Counted from the stretch's first letter, positions 28,145 through 40,122 are shown. The stretch: DNA of 63,958 bases from Eledone cirrhosa (GCA_964016885.1 CAXHJY010000722.1:1-63958); one strand, 5' to 3'. Numbers and translations: made by a program. Notes: generated from the sequence alone by a model not told the origin.

Positions 28145-28347
28145 TCCACTCTGTAAAGTGGTCATTCAGTTGACATGACAAAGAGCCCCCAGTCCACACT
28201 GTAAGTGTGGTTGGCATTAGGAAGGGCATCCAGCCATAGCAACCAATCCCAAACCAGTTCTGCCTGAGCAAAATATGGTCCTTCAACAGGACAGCTCGTC
28301 TAACCCATGCTAGCATGAAAAATGGACATTAAATGAGGATGATGATG
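28145..28347 (+). mobile_element. RTE/SINE 3' tail fragment
   Basis: CCACACTGTAAGTGTGGTTGGCATTAGGAAGGGCATCCAGC...CCCATGCTAGCATG...GGACATTAAATGAGGATGATGATG. Confidence 0.8.
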
Positions 28348-28599
28348 GTGTCTTAGGCCTTTTATTACATCATGGGTCCACAACCATTCACACCAGGACA
28401 AAGCAGAACTTAATCTTTTGCTTTGGAACTACTTTTCTGAATGTACTCAATTCCCCCATTCAGAGTTCCTATAACCTCCCTTTATTCTTGTACTCACAAA
28501 CACATGCACATACAAACACAACTCCAGCCGCAACACAATACACACCCACTTTTACAACATCCGTATATACCACCCAATACACATAACCCTTAAAACCTT

Positions 28600-29340
28600 A
28601 CTTTCTGATGCGTGCACGCATATGTGCACATACTCACAAACACCACTGACACACATTTCAGACCTCACACCTCAATGTACATAAATCTTATATCTCTTGC
28701 ATGCATATCTGTGTTTATGTGGCATGCAGTTCCAAAGCTGTGGTACCGTCAACAACTAAGTTGGAGGCAGAGCATGTCATGTCTCTGAAGAGGGATTTCC
28801 CCCTTTGAAAAGGAAGAGGATAATTCCATCAGGGCACTTGCTGACACCACAATTGAGCCCTCCTGGCTCCAGTTATGACAGAAAGGCAGCTGCATCAAGG
28901 CTCTTCTCATTATGTTGTTGAGAGTGACATGCCGGTGGAACTAGCCTGTGCTCAGGTGGCATGATAATGGGTGCAGGCCAAACTCGTCAATGGCAGCTCT
29001 ACAATGGTGTTTATGTGGCTCACACATGAGGAGGCTGAGGTGTTAGGCAACTCCAATGTGAGTGCACTCATCATCAAGAAGGGTACCAGTTGATGAAGAT
29101 GGACTGAATTGAGCCATGCACTACTGTTTGACTGTGAGGCAGAACAGAGGTAGGTGAGGTGATGTTTGTCCAGCCAGACACAATCTGTCTGAAGATCGAC
29201 CTGTTCCTAATATCATCCCAGTGACATTGGATATTTGTATACTGGGAGACAAAAGTTTTGCTGGTCCAGTCAGTCAGAGCCTGCTCCAGTTCTTGGGTTA
29301 CATCATGTTCTGCCATTTTGCTGAGGTTCTCGCTGATGAG
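28600..29340 (-). mobile_element. CRE-like non-LTR retrotransposon 3' remnant (zinc knuckle + restriction-like endonuclease)
   Basis: Hand translation across stops: SAWLNSV / PSSSTGTLLDDECTHIGVA*HL...CEPH...IDEFGLHPLSCHLSTG*FHRHVTLNNIMRRAL...KCPDGI, matching the AWL..GT.LD..H.LSC..RH..LN..RPDG pattern. Confidence 0.65.
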
Positions 29341-30836
29341 GGTGCAACTTTTTAAACAGAACTTAAAAAAGGAAAGCTATTCTATAGGTTATAAGAGAAT
29401 ACAATTTACAATAGAATTATGCATAGATTTTCATGGAGTTAAATGGTTAGTGTGTGTTCATGATTGTGTGTGTTTGAGTATACATGGCGTTAGAGAATGA
29501 AAGAGAGATGGGGGGGGGGGACTCAAATACTATTATCTGACTTAAGAAGATAAGCTATTGGAATCATCAGTATTAGTACTTTTAGTATACTATTAATCAC
29601 CTCTGTGAATTGCATTTATCCTACTAATGTTCCTGGTTGCCTGATACTACTAATGCCACTATACTGCTATTGCTGATATTATTCAAACCAGGAATCCTAC
29701 TACTTCTATTAATGTTTTCTTTTCTACTTGCTGCTGAAGCATCTAATCCTGTTCTTAATATCATAATTCATATCCATGGTAATGGTGACGGTGATGAAAG
29801 TGTTGATAGGGACGATGGTCATGAAGGTGATGGTAATGGCAGTAATAGAATTGATAGTGATCTTTGAAATATTTCAAGAAGTACAAAGAAAAGAATGCAA
29901 AGATTGATTCAAGGGAAATAAAGAAATAAATGTGAGTTTGAAGATCATTAATTTTACAGCAAAAATAAATTCATCTTTAGAACTACAAAAGACATATTTA
30001 ATTAAGCAAAAGTTATCTAAAATAGCAATAATTTTATGATCCTTCAGTCTAATTTTGGATTTCTATATATTTTATTCCTACTCAGCTTCCATATTATGCA
30101 AAAAACCCAAAAAAATTCTCGATTATGAAGAACTAAATTTGGATATGCTATTTAGCTTCTAAATGGCACTTATCACATATTTCAAAGAATTTTGTGAATA
30201 TTAAAGCATGAGTTAAATACACAAACACACACATACACAGACACAAACTATATATATGAAATATTAGATTACATAAATATTGCTTAAAAATACCTGCCTG
30301 TTGTTATGAAATAATGTAGTGGAAAATATTAGTGTACAGTTAGCCAGTATTTGATCTGATATATTTTCCTTCAATAAAGTGGCCCTTATTATAAAAAGGT
30401 GTTAAGACGTAGTTATTTTAAGGATAAAATAAATTACATTAATAATAATAATATCATTAATTGTCACACAAAAAAATAGGAAACATAGAGGTATCTAGTT
30501 TAATGATTCATTCAGTCTTGATGTGAGTATATTTATAACTAAGGGTGTCTTTAGCCTATTCAATTAATATTTTCTGGAAAATCATTGATATTATAGGATT
30601 CTTAATAGGAAAAATTTTAAGTATGGTAGCTTCAGGAAGTAGGTGTTGTTGGAGGTCATACTTTGACTGTGGAGTTTCTTGTTGCTAACGCAGTTCACGG
30701 TGGATGTCAGGTACCGTTTTAACTTCAGCACTTCTAAGAAGTGTCTGGTGTCTATGTCATGGTCTCCTACAGTGCTGCATTTATTCTGGCAGCATGGTAT
30801 AGTGCGTGCCACCATATATATGTATGTATATATATG

Positions 30837-31370
30837 TATGGAAAGTTCTGAGAATCCAGGAACACATTCTGCGGACCATGTCAACTTTGCTGTTTATATG
30901 AGTGGCCCAGCTTATGTTGTTGTCCACAATTACCCCCAAGTCTCTGATGTTGTTGGATGCCACGGGAGTTTCACCTGAAGGAGGGGAGTATGGGAGTTTC
31001 AGGCGTCCTCTTTTCCAAGGTTGATTAACTCGAATTTATCCTCATTCACAGCATATTGTTCTTTTCCGCCCATTGGATAGTAGCCAATAGGTTTGACTGA
31101 AGGAAAGTCTGGTCACCCACCTCATTGATGACCTTCTGGAGCTTGGAATCACCTGCAAAGATTCTTATGTTGCTGTACTTGATGATGTCAGTAATGTAAT
31201 AATGTAGATGATGAAAAGAAATGAGCCCAACACAGTGCCTTGCGGGACACCACTGCTGACTTTGGCTGGGCTTGATTTTTACTCCTTTGACTACAACATG
31301 TTGGGCTCTGTCTGTCAGGAAACACTTGATCCACTATACTAACTTTCCAGAGACATCAATGTTGGATAGT
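30837..31370 (-). mobile_element. Internal fragment of CR1-group LINE RT (same family as 32055-33415)
   Basis: Collinear with ~32709-33238 ([10 protein letters not shown]; NIRDLGV...MCSWILRTF); frameshifted; TA repeats on both sides. Confidence 0.88.
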
Positions 31371-32054
31371 ATGTATGTATATGTATGTATGTATATGTAT
31401 ATGTATGTATATATACATATACATATATATGTATATGTATATTTATATATATGTATATATACATATATGTATTTATACATATATGTATTTATACATATAT
31501 GTATTTATACATATATGTATTTATACATATATGTATTTATACATATATGTATTTATACATATATGTATTTATACATATATGTATTTATACATATATGTAT
31601 TTATACATATATGTATTTATACATATATGTATTTATACATATATGTATATATACATATATGTATATATACATATATGTATATATACATATATGTGTATAT
31701 ACATATATGTATTTATACATATATGTATATATACATATATGTATATATACATATATGTATATATACATATATGTGTATATATATGTATATATATACATAT
31801 ATGTATATATACATATATGTGTATATATATATGTATATATACATATATGTGTATATATATGTATATATACATATATGTGTATATATATGTATATATACAT
31901 ATATGTATATATACATATATGTGTATATATATGTATATATACATATATGTATATATACATATATGTGTATATATATGTATATATACATATATGTATATAT
32001 ACATATATGTGTATATATATGTATTTACACATATATGTATATATACATATATGT
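31371..32054. repeat. Interrupted (TA)n array with 16-bp unit TATACATATATGTATT
   Basis: Direct reading. Confidence 0.95.
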
Positions 32055-33415
32055 ATAACTTTGAATAACTTTGAAATGTTTTGGCCAGTATTGGCCCAGG
32101 CCATGTCTAACTTAATAGCACCACCTGGCGAAGTCTTTCAATTCAGGATTTGGGCATCATGGCCCATTCGAGAAGAGAATTACTGTTTGCGGAGACATAT
32201 CCGGGTGTGGGTGGTTTGTCCGGGATTACTTGGAGGAATTTGTCCAAAGACTTCTTGAATTTTGTGTGGTCAGTTTCTGTTTTGACGTGTCCTGGTGTGA
32301 TGTTGAAGAGAGCAGGGCCGATTGAGGTGAAATAATTGTGCCGTATTGTTGTTATGAGTTGCGATTTAGATTTTTGAATGGGACGGATAGCACGGGGCCC
32401 AAGCCTTGGGTGTATCTTGAAGGCGATGCCAACATCATTTGGGCAGTGATGATGGAACATTTTCCACATCATGCAGATAATATAACGCTCACGGCGACGT
32501 TGGAGTGAGTAAAGTTTCAGGTTTTCTAGTCGACCCCAGTAGTCAAGGTCTGACATGCCATCTATCTTTTTTGTGATTGCCCTTTGAGGAGCTTCAAGTT
32601 TCATGATACTTTGTTTCGTGTGGGGAGACCACAGTGGACAACAGTATTCAAGGTGTGGTCGGGCAAAAGTAGAGAAGAGAAGGATAATGGTGTGGGAATC
32701 TCTCGACTGGAAGGTTCTGAGGATCCAGGAACACATTCTGCGGGCCATGTCAACTTTGCTGCTTATATGCGTGGCCCAGCTTATGTTGCTGTCCACGGTT
32801 ACTCCCAAGTCTCTGATGTTGTTAGATGCCACGAGAGTTTCCCCGGAGGGAAGGGAGTACGGGAGTTTCAGAGCATCCTTTTTTCCAAAGTGGATCAGTT
32901 CGAATTTGTCTTCGTTCAGTAACATGTTGTTCTTTTCCGCCCATTGGGTAACAGCCAGTAGGTCTGACTGAAGGCTTATCCAGTCATCCACGCCATTGAT
33001 GACCTTTTGGAGCTTGGAATCATCAGCGAAAATTTTAATGTTGCTGTGTTTGATGATGTCAGTGATGTCATTAATATAGATGATGAAGAGAAGTGGGCCC
33101 AACACAGTGCCTTGTGGGACCCCACTACTGACTTTGGCTGGGCTGGATTTGACTCCTTCAACTACAACATGCTGGGTTCTATTTGACAGGAAGCTCTTGA
33201 TCCACTGCAGCAGCTTTCCAGTGACACCAATATTGGACAGCTTTCTCAGTATAATGTTTTGATCAACCCTGTCAAAGGCCTTGCTGAAATCAAGGTAGAT
33301 AACATCAGTGTTGGAACCCTCTCCCAAGGCTCTCAAAATGTCATCAAAGTGATGCAGTAGCTGCGTCAGGCAATCCCTTCCATTACGGAATCCATGCTGG
33401 TTGGAGTTCAGCATA
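32055..33415 (-). mobile_element. 5'-truncated CR1-group LINE, family 2
   Basis: Intact RT half, short 3' UTR with hairpin GGCCA-ATAC-TGGCC, and tandem tail (TTCAAAGTTA)2. Confidence 0.92.
32143..33414 (-). CDS. LINE reverse transcriptase, C-terminal 423 aa (truncated ORF2)
   Basis: [52 protein letters not shown]; no internal stops. Confidence 0.9.
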   Translation of the reverse strand: MLNSNQHGFRNGRDCLTQLLHHFDDILRALGEGSNTDVIYLDFSKAFDRVDQNIILRKLSNIGVTGKLLQWIKSFLSNRTQHVVVEGVKSSPAKVSSGVPQGTVLGPLLFIIYINDITDIIKHSNIKIFADDSKLQKVINGVDDWISLQSDLLAVTQWAEKNNMLLNEDKFELIHFGKKDALKLPYSLPSGETLVASNNIRDLGVTVDSNISWATHISSKVDMARRMCSWILRTFQSRDSHTIILLFSTFARPHLEYCCPLWSPHTKQSIMKLEAPQRAITKKIDGMSDLDYWGRLENLKLYSLQRRRERYIICMMWKMFHHHCPNDVGIAFKIHPRLGPRAIRPIQKSKSQLITTIRHNYFTSIGPALFNITPGHVKTETDHTKFKKSLDKFLQVIPDKPPTPGYVSANSNSLLEWAMMPKS

Positions 33416-34040
33416 TTGTTACTGTATATATGTATATTGTTACTGTATATATGTTACTGTATATATTGTTACTGCATATTGTTACTGTATATATGTATAT
33501 ATACATATATGTATATATATATGTATATATACATATAAGTATATATACATATAAGTATATATACATATATGTATATATACATATATGTGTATATATATAT
33601 ATGTGTATATATATATGTGTATATATATATATGAATAAGACTCGTCCCACCCTTGCAAGCAGGGAAAAGCGGACGTAAAATGATGATGATGATGATGATA
33701 TATATATGTATATATACTTATATGTATATATACATATATGTATATATACATATATGTATATATACATATATGTGTATATATACATATATGTGTATATATA
33801 CATATATGTGTATATATACATATATGAGTATATATACATATATGTGTATATATACATATATGTGTATATATACATGTGTGTATATATACATGTGTATATA
33901 TACATATATGTGTATATATACATATATGTGTATATATACATATATGTGTATATATACATATATGTGTATATATACATATATGTATATATATACATATATG
34001 TATATATATATACATATATGTATATATATACATATATGTA
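33416..34040. repeat. Interrupted (TA)n array
   Basis: Direct reading. Starts with ~6 copies of (AT)TGTTACTG; later an 18-bp unit. Confidence 0.93.
33637..33699 (+). mobile_element. 63-bp RTE/SINE tail tip inserted in (TA)n
   Basis: CGTCCCACCCTTGCAAGCAGGGAAAAGCGGACGTAAAA(TGA)6, nearly identical to 8517-8570. Confidence 0.85.
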
Positions 34041-34324
34041 TATATATAAGTATGTACACGTACATACATATATGTATACAGACGTACAGTAGTATGTATT
34101 TATATATACATACATGCACCCATATATATATATGTACGTATGGATTCACCGAACATTTATTATAATGCTCGGGATGTTTTTTTACCAACACACCGAGCAT
34201 TATAATAAATGTTCGGTGAATCCATACGTACATATATATATATGTGTGCATGTATGTATATATAAATATATACTACTATACGTCTGTATACATATATGTA
34301 TGTACGTGTACATACTTATATATA
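34041..34324. repeat. Near-perfect inverted repeat (132-bp arms, 20-bp loop); third arm copy at ~34637-34767
   Basis: ...TGGATTCACCGAACATTTATTATAATGCTCGG pairs with CCGAGCATTATAATAAATGTTCGGTGAATCCA... Confidence 0.92.
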
Positions 34325-34817
34325 TACATATATAAGTATGTTTGTAAACAAACATCCCGTATTAAGCCGTAGTGTCTAGCAACCATCGTTGCTCGTTTGT
34401 TCAACACTGACAAAGGAACGCTGTACTAGTTTCAAGCTTATTAGCTATCGTCAGCAACGTATGCCTTCCTGCCAGATTGCTGAACGTCTGAAAGTATATA
34501 CTTTCCTTATGCATATTAACGGCTGAGTAGCCCAATTTGCATATCGAGTGGGTTAATCGGCCGGGTGCACCGAAACGATAAACAGAAAAAATGAAACAAA
34601 ATTCCATTTCGCACTCTTAGTACGGCTGTTACTTAAATATAAGTATGTACACGTACATATATATATATGTATACAGACGTACAGTAGTATGTATATATAT
34701 ATATACATACATGCACACATATATATATATGTACGTATGGATTCACCGAACATTTATTATAATGCTCAGTGTGTTTGTAAACAAACATCCCGTATTAAGC
34801 CGTAGTGACTAGCAACC

Positions 34818-35005
34818 ATCTTCTGAGACACGACATGCTGTGACAAATTCTCTGCCTCCAACTTAGTTGTCGACGGTACCACAGCTTTGGAACTGCATGC
34901 TGCATAAACACAGATATGCACGCAAGAGATATAAGCATTTATGTACACTGAAGTGTAAGGTCTGAAATGTGTGTCAGTGGTGTTTGCGAGTATGTGCACA
35001 TTCGT
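34818..35005 (+). mobile_element. Second fragment of the CRE-like element
   Basis: Reverse complement of ~28618-28788; encodes F*DTTCCDKFSASNL (WDxTCxDT-like). Confidence 0.65.
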
Positions 35006-35221
35006 GAGAAAAGCCACAGACCCTCCATCTCAACTCTACTTTTGAAAAGCAGAAGAACTGCGAAACCGGTAAAGGAACCAAATAAATATATATATTTAAA
35101 AAAAAAAAGACTCCAGTTACGTTTTCGATTTCATCTTTTTTCCTTATACTTTCACTCGTGTAGGGCACCTCAGTTATTTTTCAATATGTTAAAAAAACCT
35201 CACTTTCAAATACATATATGT

Positions 35222-37153
35222 ATCATCATCATCATCATCAACGTCTAACGTCCGTGTTCCACGCTTGCATGGGTTTGGACGGGGGTTTTCCCACTTGAGG
35301 CAAGAGTGATTGTCTTGCTCGCATAGGACTGTCTGGCAGGTTTTCTACAGTTGGATGCCCTTCCTAACACCAACCACATTTACAGTGTGGGTCTGGGAGG
35401 TTTTTACCGTGTTGCCTACACGGCCACATTACAGCGTGGACTGTGTGTATTTTTGTCGTGACACCTACACGATCTCATTTGTTTCGGCCTGGATGGTGTG
35501 GCACCAACATAACTTTACATAGAAGGGGGCGGTGTGGATGAGGTGGGGGTGGTGGAACGGGGGTGTATTTTGTTAGAGATGCCTACTGGCTGTAGTAGGT
35601 TTTACTTTGTATTTAGGTAAGGCGGGTCTTCTCTATTACTGAGTACCGCCAAAGGTCTCGGTCCAGTGACATTGTCTTGGTGAGGTGTAAGTGTGTGAGG
35701 TCGGAGTTTATCAGCTCGTCCCAGGTTTTTCTGGGTCTGCCTATTCCGTGGCTACCGTCTATCTTTATTGCCCTACACTTTGTTATACAGGTATCGTCCT
35801 TCATGCGCATCACGTGACCATACCAACGTCGCCTTCTCTCTAGTAAACAACATCTGATCCCTCTTATTTCTAATTTTTTCCTTAGTTTGTTTATGCTTTG
35901 TCGTTCACGTATATTACTGTTACACATCCAGCGGAGCATGCAAGCTTCGTTTCTCTCTAGTCTGCGTATATCCTCTGCACACAATACCCAGGTCTCACTG
36001 CCATGCAACATTGCTGTTCGTATGCAGACATCGTACAACCTGCCTTTCATTTTTAGGGAGAACCCTTTAGCGGCTAATAGTGGTATAAGCTCTCTGAACA
36101 TTTTCCACCCAGTTCTGACTCTAGCTACTGTACTTTCAGAGCACCCTCCCCCACTGCTGATTTTGTCACCCAGGTAACGGAAGCTGTCCACTATTTCTAT
36201 AGAACCCTCTGCGCAGTTGAAAGAGCTAGTATTTTGTGGGCACTTGCTGCTACTTATTGCCCCAGAACACCGGCCACATGTAAAATCTATGTTCTTAGTT
36301 AGCTTACCTGTGATCCCACTACATCTTTTATGCACCCAAACTTTGCATTTGGGACACAAAATGGAATTTCTACCTACGCCCTTCCTACCCTCTGCGCATG
36401 GCCACTTCCCGGAGGGGACCGCCGCCTTATTTTCTTTCTTACAAACTAGAACTTTAGTCTTAGCCAGGTTCATTTTAAGGCCTTTTGATTCTAGGCCGTG
36501 CTTCCTTGTTTGGAATTTCTTCTCTAGCTCAGCCATTGATTCAGCTATGAGCGTTAGATCATCTGCGTATAGGAGTTCCCATGGGCAGCCGGTCTTGAAC
36601 TCCACTGTTATAGCCTGGAGGGCAATAATAAATAGTATGGGGCTAAGAACAGAGCCCTGATGAACACCAACTTTTACACTAAACTCTTCACTATATTCGT
36701 TGTTAATTCTAACCTTGCTGACTGTTTCTTTATACATGGCTTGTATAGCTCTCACAAGCCATTCATCAACACCTAGTTTTCTAAGAGCCCACCAGATAAT
36801 GGAACGGGGGACTCTGTCGAAGGCCTTCTCCAAGTCGACGAAAGCTAAGTATAGGGATTTACTTTTAGCTAGGTACTTCTCCTGTAGTTGTCGTACAATC
36901 AAAAGAGCGTCTGTGGTACTTTTTCCTGACACAAACCCGAACTGCATTTCATCTAGATCAATTCACTCTCTGATTAGTTGCGCTATTACTTTTTCCGTGA
37001 CCTTCATGACCTGGTCGATTAATTTAATGCCTCTATAGTTACTCCTATCTAGTGCATCTCCTTACCCTTATAACAGTTAACGATGATGCTGCTACGCCAG
37101 TCCTTCGGAACAACCCCATTCTGTATGACTTGGTTGACTATCCGGGTGACCAT
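35222..37153 (-). mobile_element. 5'-truncated RTE LINE
   Basis: Reverse complement of ~45308-47335 at high identity; (ATG)n tail at 35222-35240. Confidence 0.93.
35613..36947 (-). CDS. RTE reverse transcriptase + PHD-like Cys/His domain (444 aa open segment)
   Basis: QFGF, FVDLEKAFDRV, GVHQGSVLSP, YADD, WPC...CPKCKVWVHKRC...CGRC, FRYLG, HGSETW, WYGHVMR, GRPRKTW. Confidence 0.9.
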   Translation of the reverse strand: MQFGFVSGKSTTDALLIVRQLQEKYLAKSKSLYLAFVDLEKAFDRVPRSIIWWALRKLGVDEWLVRAIQAMYKETVSKVRINNEYSEEFSVKVGVHQGSVLSPILFIIALQAITVEFKTGCPWELLYADDLTLIAESMAELEKKFQTRKHGLESKGLKMNLAKTKVLVCKKENKAAVPSGKWPCAEGRKGVGRNSILCPKCKVWVHKRCSGITGKLTKNIDFTCGRCSGAISSSKCPQNTSSFNCAEGSIEIVDSFRYLGDKISSGGGCSESTVARVRTGWKMFRELIPLLAAKGFSLKMKGRLYDVCIRTAMLHGSETWVLCAEDIRRLERNEACMLRWMCNSNIRERQSINKLRKKLEIRGIRCCLLERRRRWYGHVMRMKDDTCITKCRAIKIDGSHGIGRPRKTWDELINSDLTHLHLTKTMSLDRDLWRYSVIEKTRLT

Positions 37154-38083
37154 ATGTATATATATATACATATTTGTATATATATATACATACATATATG
37201 TATATATATATATACATATATGTATATATATATACATATATGTATATATATATACATATTTGTATATATATATACATATATGTATATATATATATATATA
37301 TGAATATATATATACATATATGTATATATACATATGTATATATGTATATATATATGTATATATACATATGTATATATGTATATATGTATATATACATATG
37401 TATATATACATATGTATATATGTATATATACATATGTATATATGTATATATATATATGTATATATACATATGTATATATGTATATATACATATGTATATA
37501 TGTATATATACATATGTATATATGTATATATACATATGTATATATGTATATATATATGTATATATACATATGTATATATGTAAATATACATATGTATATA
37601 TGTATATATGTATATATACATATGTATATACGTATATATACATATGTATATATGTATATATACATATGTATATATGTATATATACATATGTATATATACA
37701 TATGTATATGTATATGTATATATATGTATATATACATATGTATATATACATATGTATATATACATATGTATATATACATATGTATACATATGTATATATA
37801 CATATGTATACATATGTATATATACATATGTATATATACATATGTATATATACATATGTATATATACATATGTATATATGTATATGTATATATATATATG
37901 TATATATACATATGTATATGTATATATACATATATATATACATATGTTTGTATACGTATATGTATATATACATATGTATATGTATATATACATATATAGA
38001 TACATATATGTATATATACATATGTATATATATGTATATGTATATATACATATGTATGTATATATATATGTATATGCATATAT
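37154..38083. repeat. Interrupted (TA)n array (TATATACATATG units)
   Basis: Direct reading. Confidence 0.95.
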
Positions 38084-38175
38084 GGTAATGTATGTCAGGT
38101 CACCAGTTGGTGCTATTGGTAACATGTATCCCAGTACAACCTGTCATATGGTCGGGTCGTTGGCGACTAAACTGG
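38084..38175 (+). ncRNA. Decayed HDV-like self-cleaving ribozyme
   Basis: P1 GGTAAT/ATGGTC, P2 CCAGT/ACTGG, P1.1 CC/GG, P4 TCG-TTGG-CGA, J4/2 C-TAA in the right order; P3 (ACA/CAT) broken. Confidence 0.55.
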
Positions 38176-38703
38176 CAACCCCACCAAGGTTTATTGGCGA
38201 GGAGGGTGACTTTGGACATCCTGCAGGACTAAAAACAAAACCTGTCAAAGGGCAAAGGAGCTCTTAAGGGTCAATGGCCATCCAAATTCGCCGGGAGAGA
38301 TGACCCCTTAGCCTTTGTCAAGATAGAATTCTAGGAGAAGGAAAACTCTGATATAACACCTGCAACCCTGATGGTATCCAATGATGTTGAATTATTATTC
38401 TTTTTGGTAAATATCATCTTGGTTAAGAGAGTGGGACTGGCTTTGTGCAGTGCCTTTACTCACTATAAAAGCTTCACGGCACAGGCATTGCTTTATATCT
38501 GGAGATCTCTCTGCACTTGTCGTCACATGGTACCATGGGCCCAGCACAATGTGTCAATAATTGTCACAAGTGTAGTGTTTGTACCAGAGTTTTCAAGTCG
38601 CTGGCTGGACTAAAAAGTCACACTCGTTCAGCGCATCGGTAGGGGTTCTCCTACATGGATATAAAGTCGTGGCCGTACTCGAAAACGAGTTGGCAGCCAC
38701 CAT
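38084..38703 (+). mobile_element. Non-autonomous bipartite RTE derivative (5' UTR fused to extreme 3' end)
   Basis: RTE-5'UTR-like motif CTAGGAGAAGGAAAACTCTGA at ~38331. The 3' part encodes the C2H2 terminus [23 protein letters not shown] (~38571-38642), then hairpin ACTCG-AAAA-CGAGT (38677-38690). No RT or endonuclease. Confidence 0.75.
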
Positions 38704-39214
38704 ATGTATATATACATATGTATGTATATGTATATATACATATGTATGTATATGTATATATACATATGTATGTATATGTATATATACATATGTATGTATA
38801 TGTATATATACATATGTATGTATATGTATATATACATATGTATGTATATATATATATATGTATATGTATATATACATATGTATGTATATATATATATATG
38901 TATATGTATATATACATATGTATGTATATATATATATATGTATATGTATATATGCATATGTATGTATATATATATATATATGTGTGTATATGTATATATA
39001 CATATGTATGTATATATACATATGAATGTATATATACATATGTATGTATATATACATATGTATGTATATATACATATGTATGTATATACATATGTATGTA
39101 TATATACATATGTATGTATATACATATGTATGTATATACATATGTATGTATATATACATATGTATGTCTATACATATGTATGTATATATATATGTATATG
39201 TATATATACATATG

Positions 39215-39245
<31 letters not shown>

Positions 39246-39852
39246 GTATATATATATATATATATGTATATGTATATGTATATATACATATGTATGTATA
39301 TGTATATGTATATATACATATGTATGTATATGTATATGTATATATACAAATGTATGTATATATACAAATGTATGTATATATACATATGTATGTATATATA
39401 TATATGTATATGTATATATACATATGTATGTATATATATATGTATATGTATATATATATATGTATATGTATATATACATATGTATGTATATATATATGTA
39501 TATGTATATATACATATGTATGTATATATATATGTATATGTATATATATGTATATGTATATATACATATGTATGTATATATATATGTATATGTATATATA
39601 CATATGTATGTATATATATATGTATATGTATATATACATATGTATGTATATATATATGTATATGTATATATACATATGTATGTATATATATATGTATATG
39701 TATATATACATATGTATGTATATATATATGTATATGTATATATACATATGTATGTATATATATATGTATATGTATATATACATATGTATGTATATATATG
39801 TATATGTATATATACATATGTATGTATATATATATGTATATGTATATATACA
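38704..39852. repeat. Interrupted (TA)n array with 24- to 38-bp higher-order units
   Basis: Direct reading. Confidence 0.95.
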
Positions 39853-40077
39853 TGTTTCGTTTCTGAATTTGTTTAGCAAGATTCTTTATCTGAAATCGTG
39901 TGTTGAAACCGATATTGTTATACTTTGGGAGGGTCATGTTGCCAATAAGAAACACACGCACCAGTTGCTTTCACTTCAATTTATTATATATTTATAAATT
40001 TATAAATTTACAAATCTACAAACTTATAAATTTCTGGTTGGTTGGTTGGTTCCACAACCAGGTAGTTGTTTATATAT

Positions 40078-40122
40078 AGTCATAGTCCTTTCGTCACACA
40101 CTCTGTGACCTCTTCAGTGACT
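40078..40122 (-). ncRNA. Minimal type I hammerhead ribozyme, apparently intact
   Basis: AGUCA CUGAAGA G GUCACA GAGUG UGUGAC GAAA GGAC UA UGACU: 5-bp stem I, 6-bp stem II, complete core. Confidence 0.82.

Noticed and set aside
29637-29867. 76-aa ORF with hydrophobic N-terminus and D/G-rich tail
   Set aside because: Derived from degenerate trinucleotide repeats, with a non-ATG start.
30600-30812. Possible old Penelope linker fragment (minus, ending YFLKLPYL)
   Set aside because: Too short and degenerate to call without a profile search.
35887-37038. Antisense ORFs over RTE, CR1 and Penelope coding regions
   Set aside because: Short shadows of the real reading frame with no domain features.
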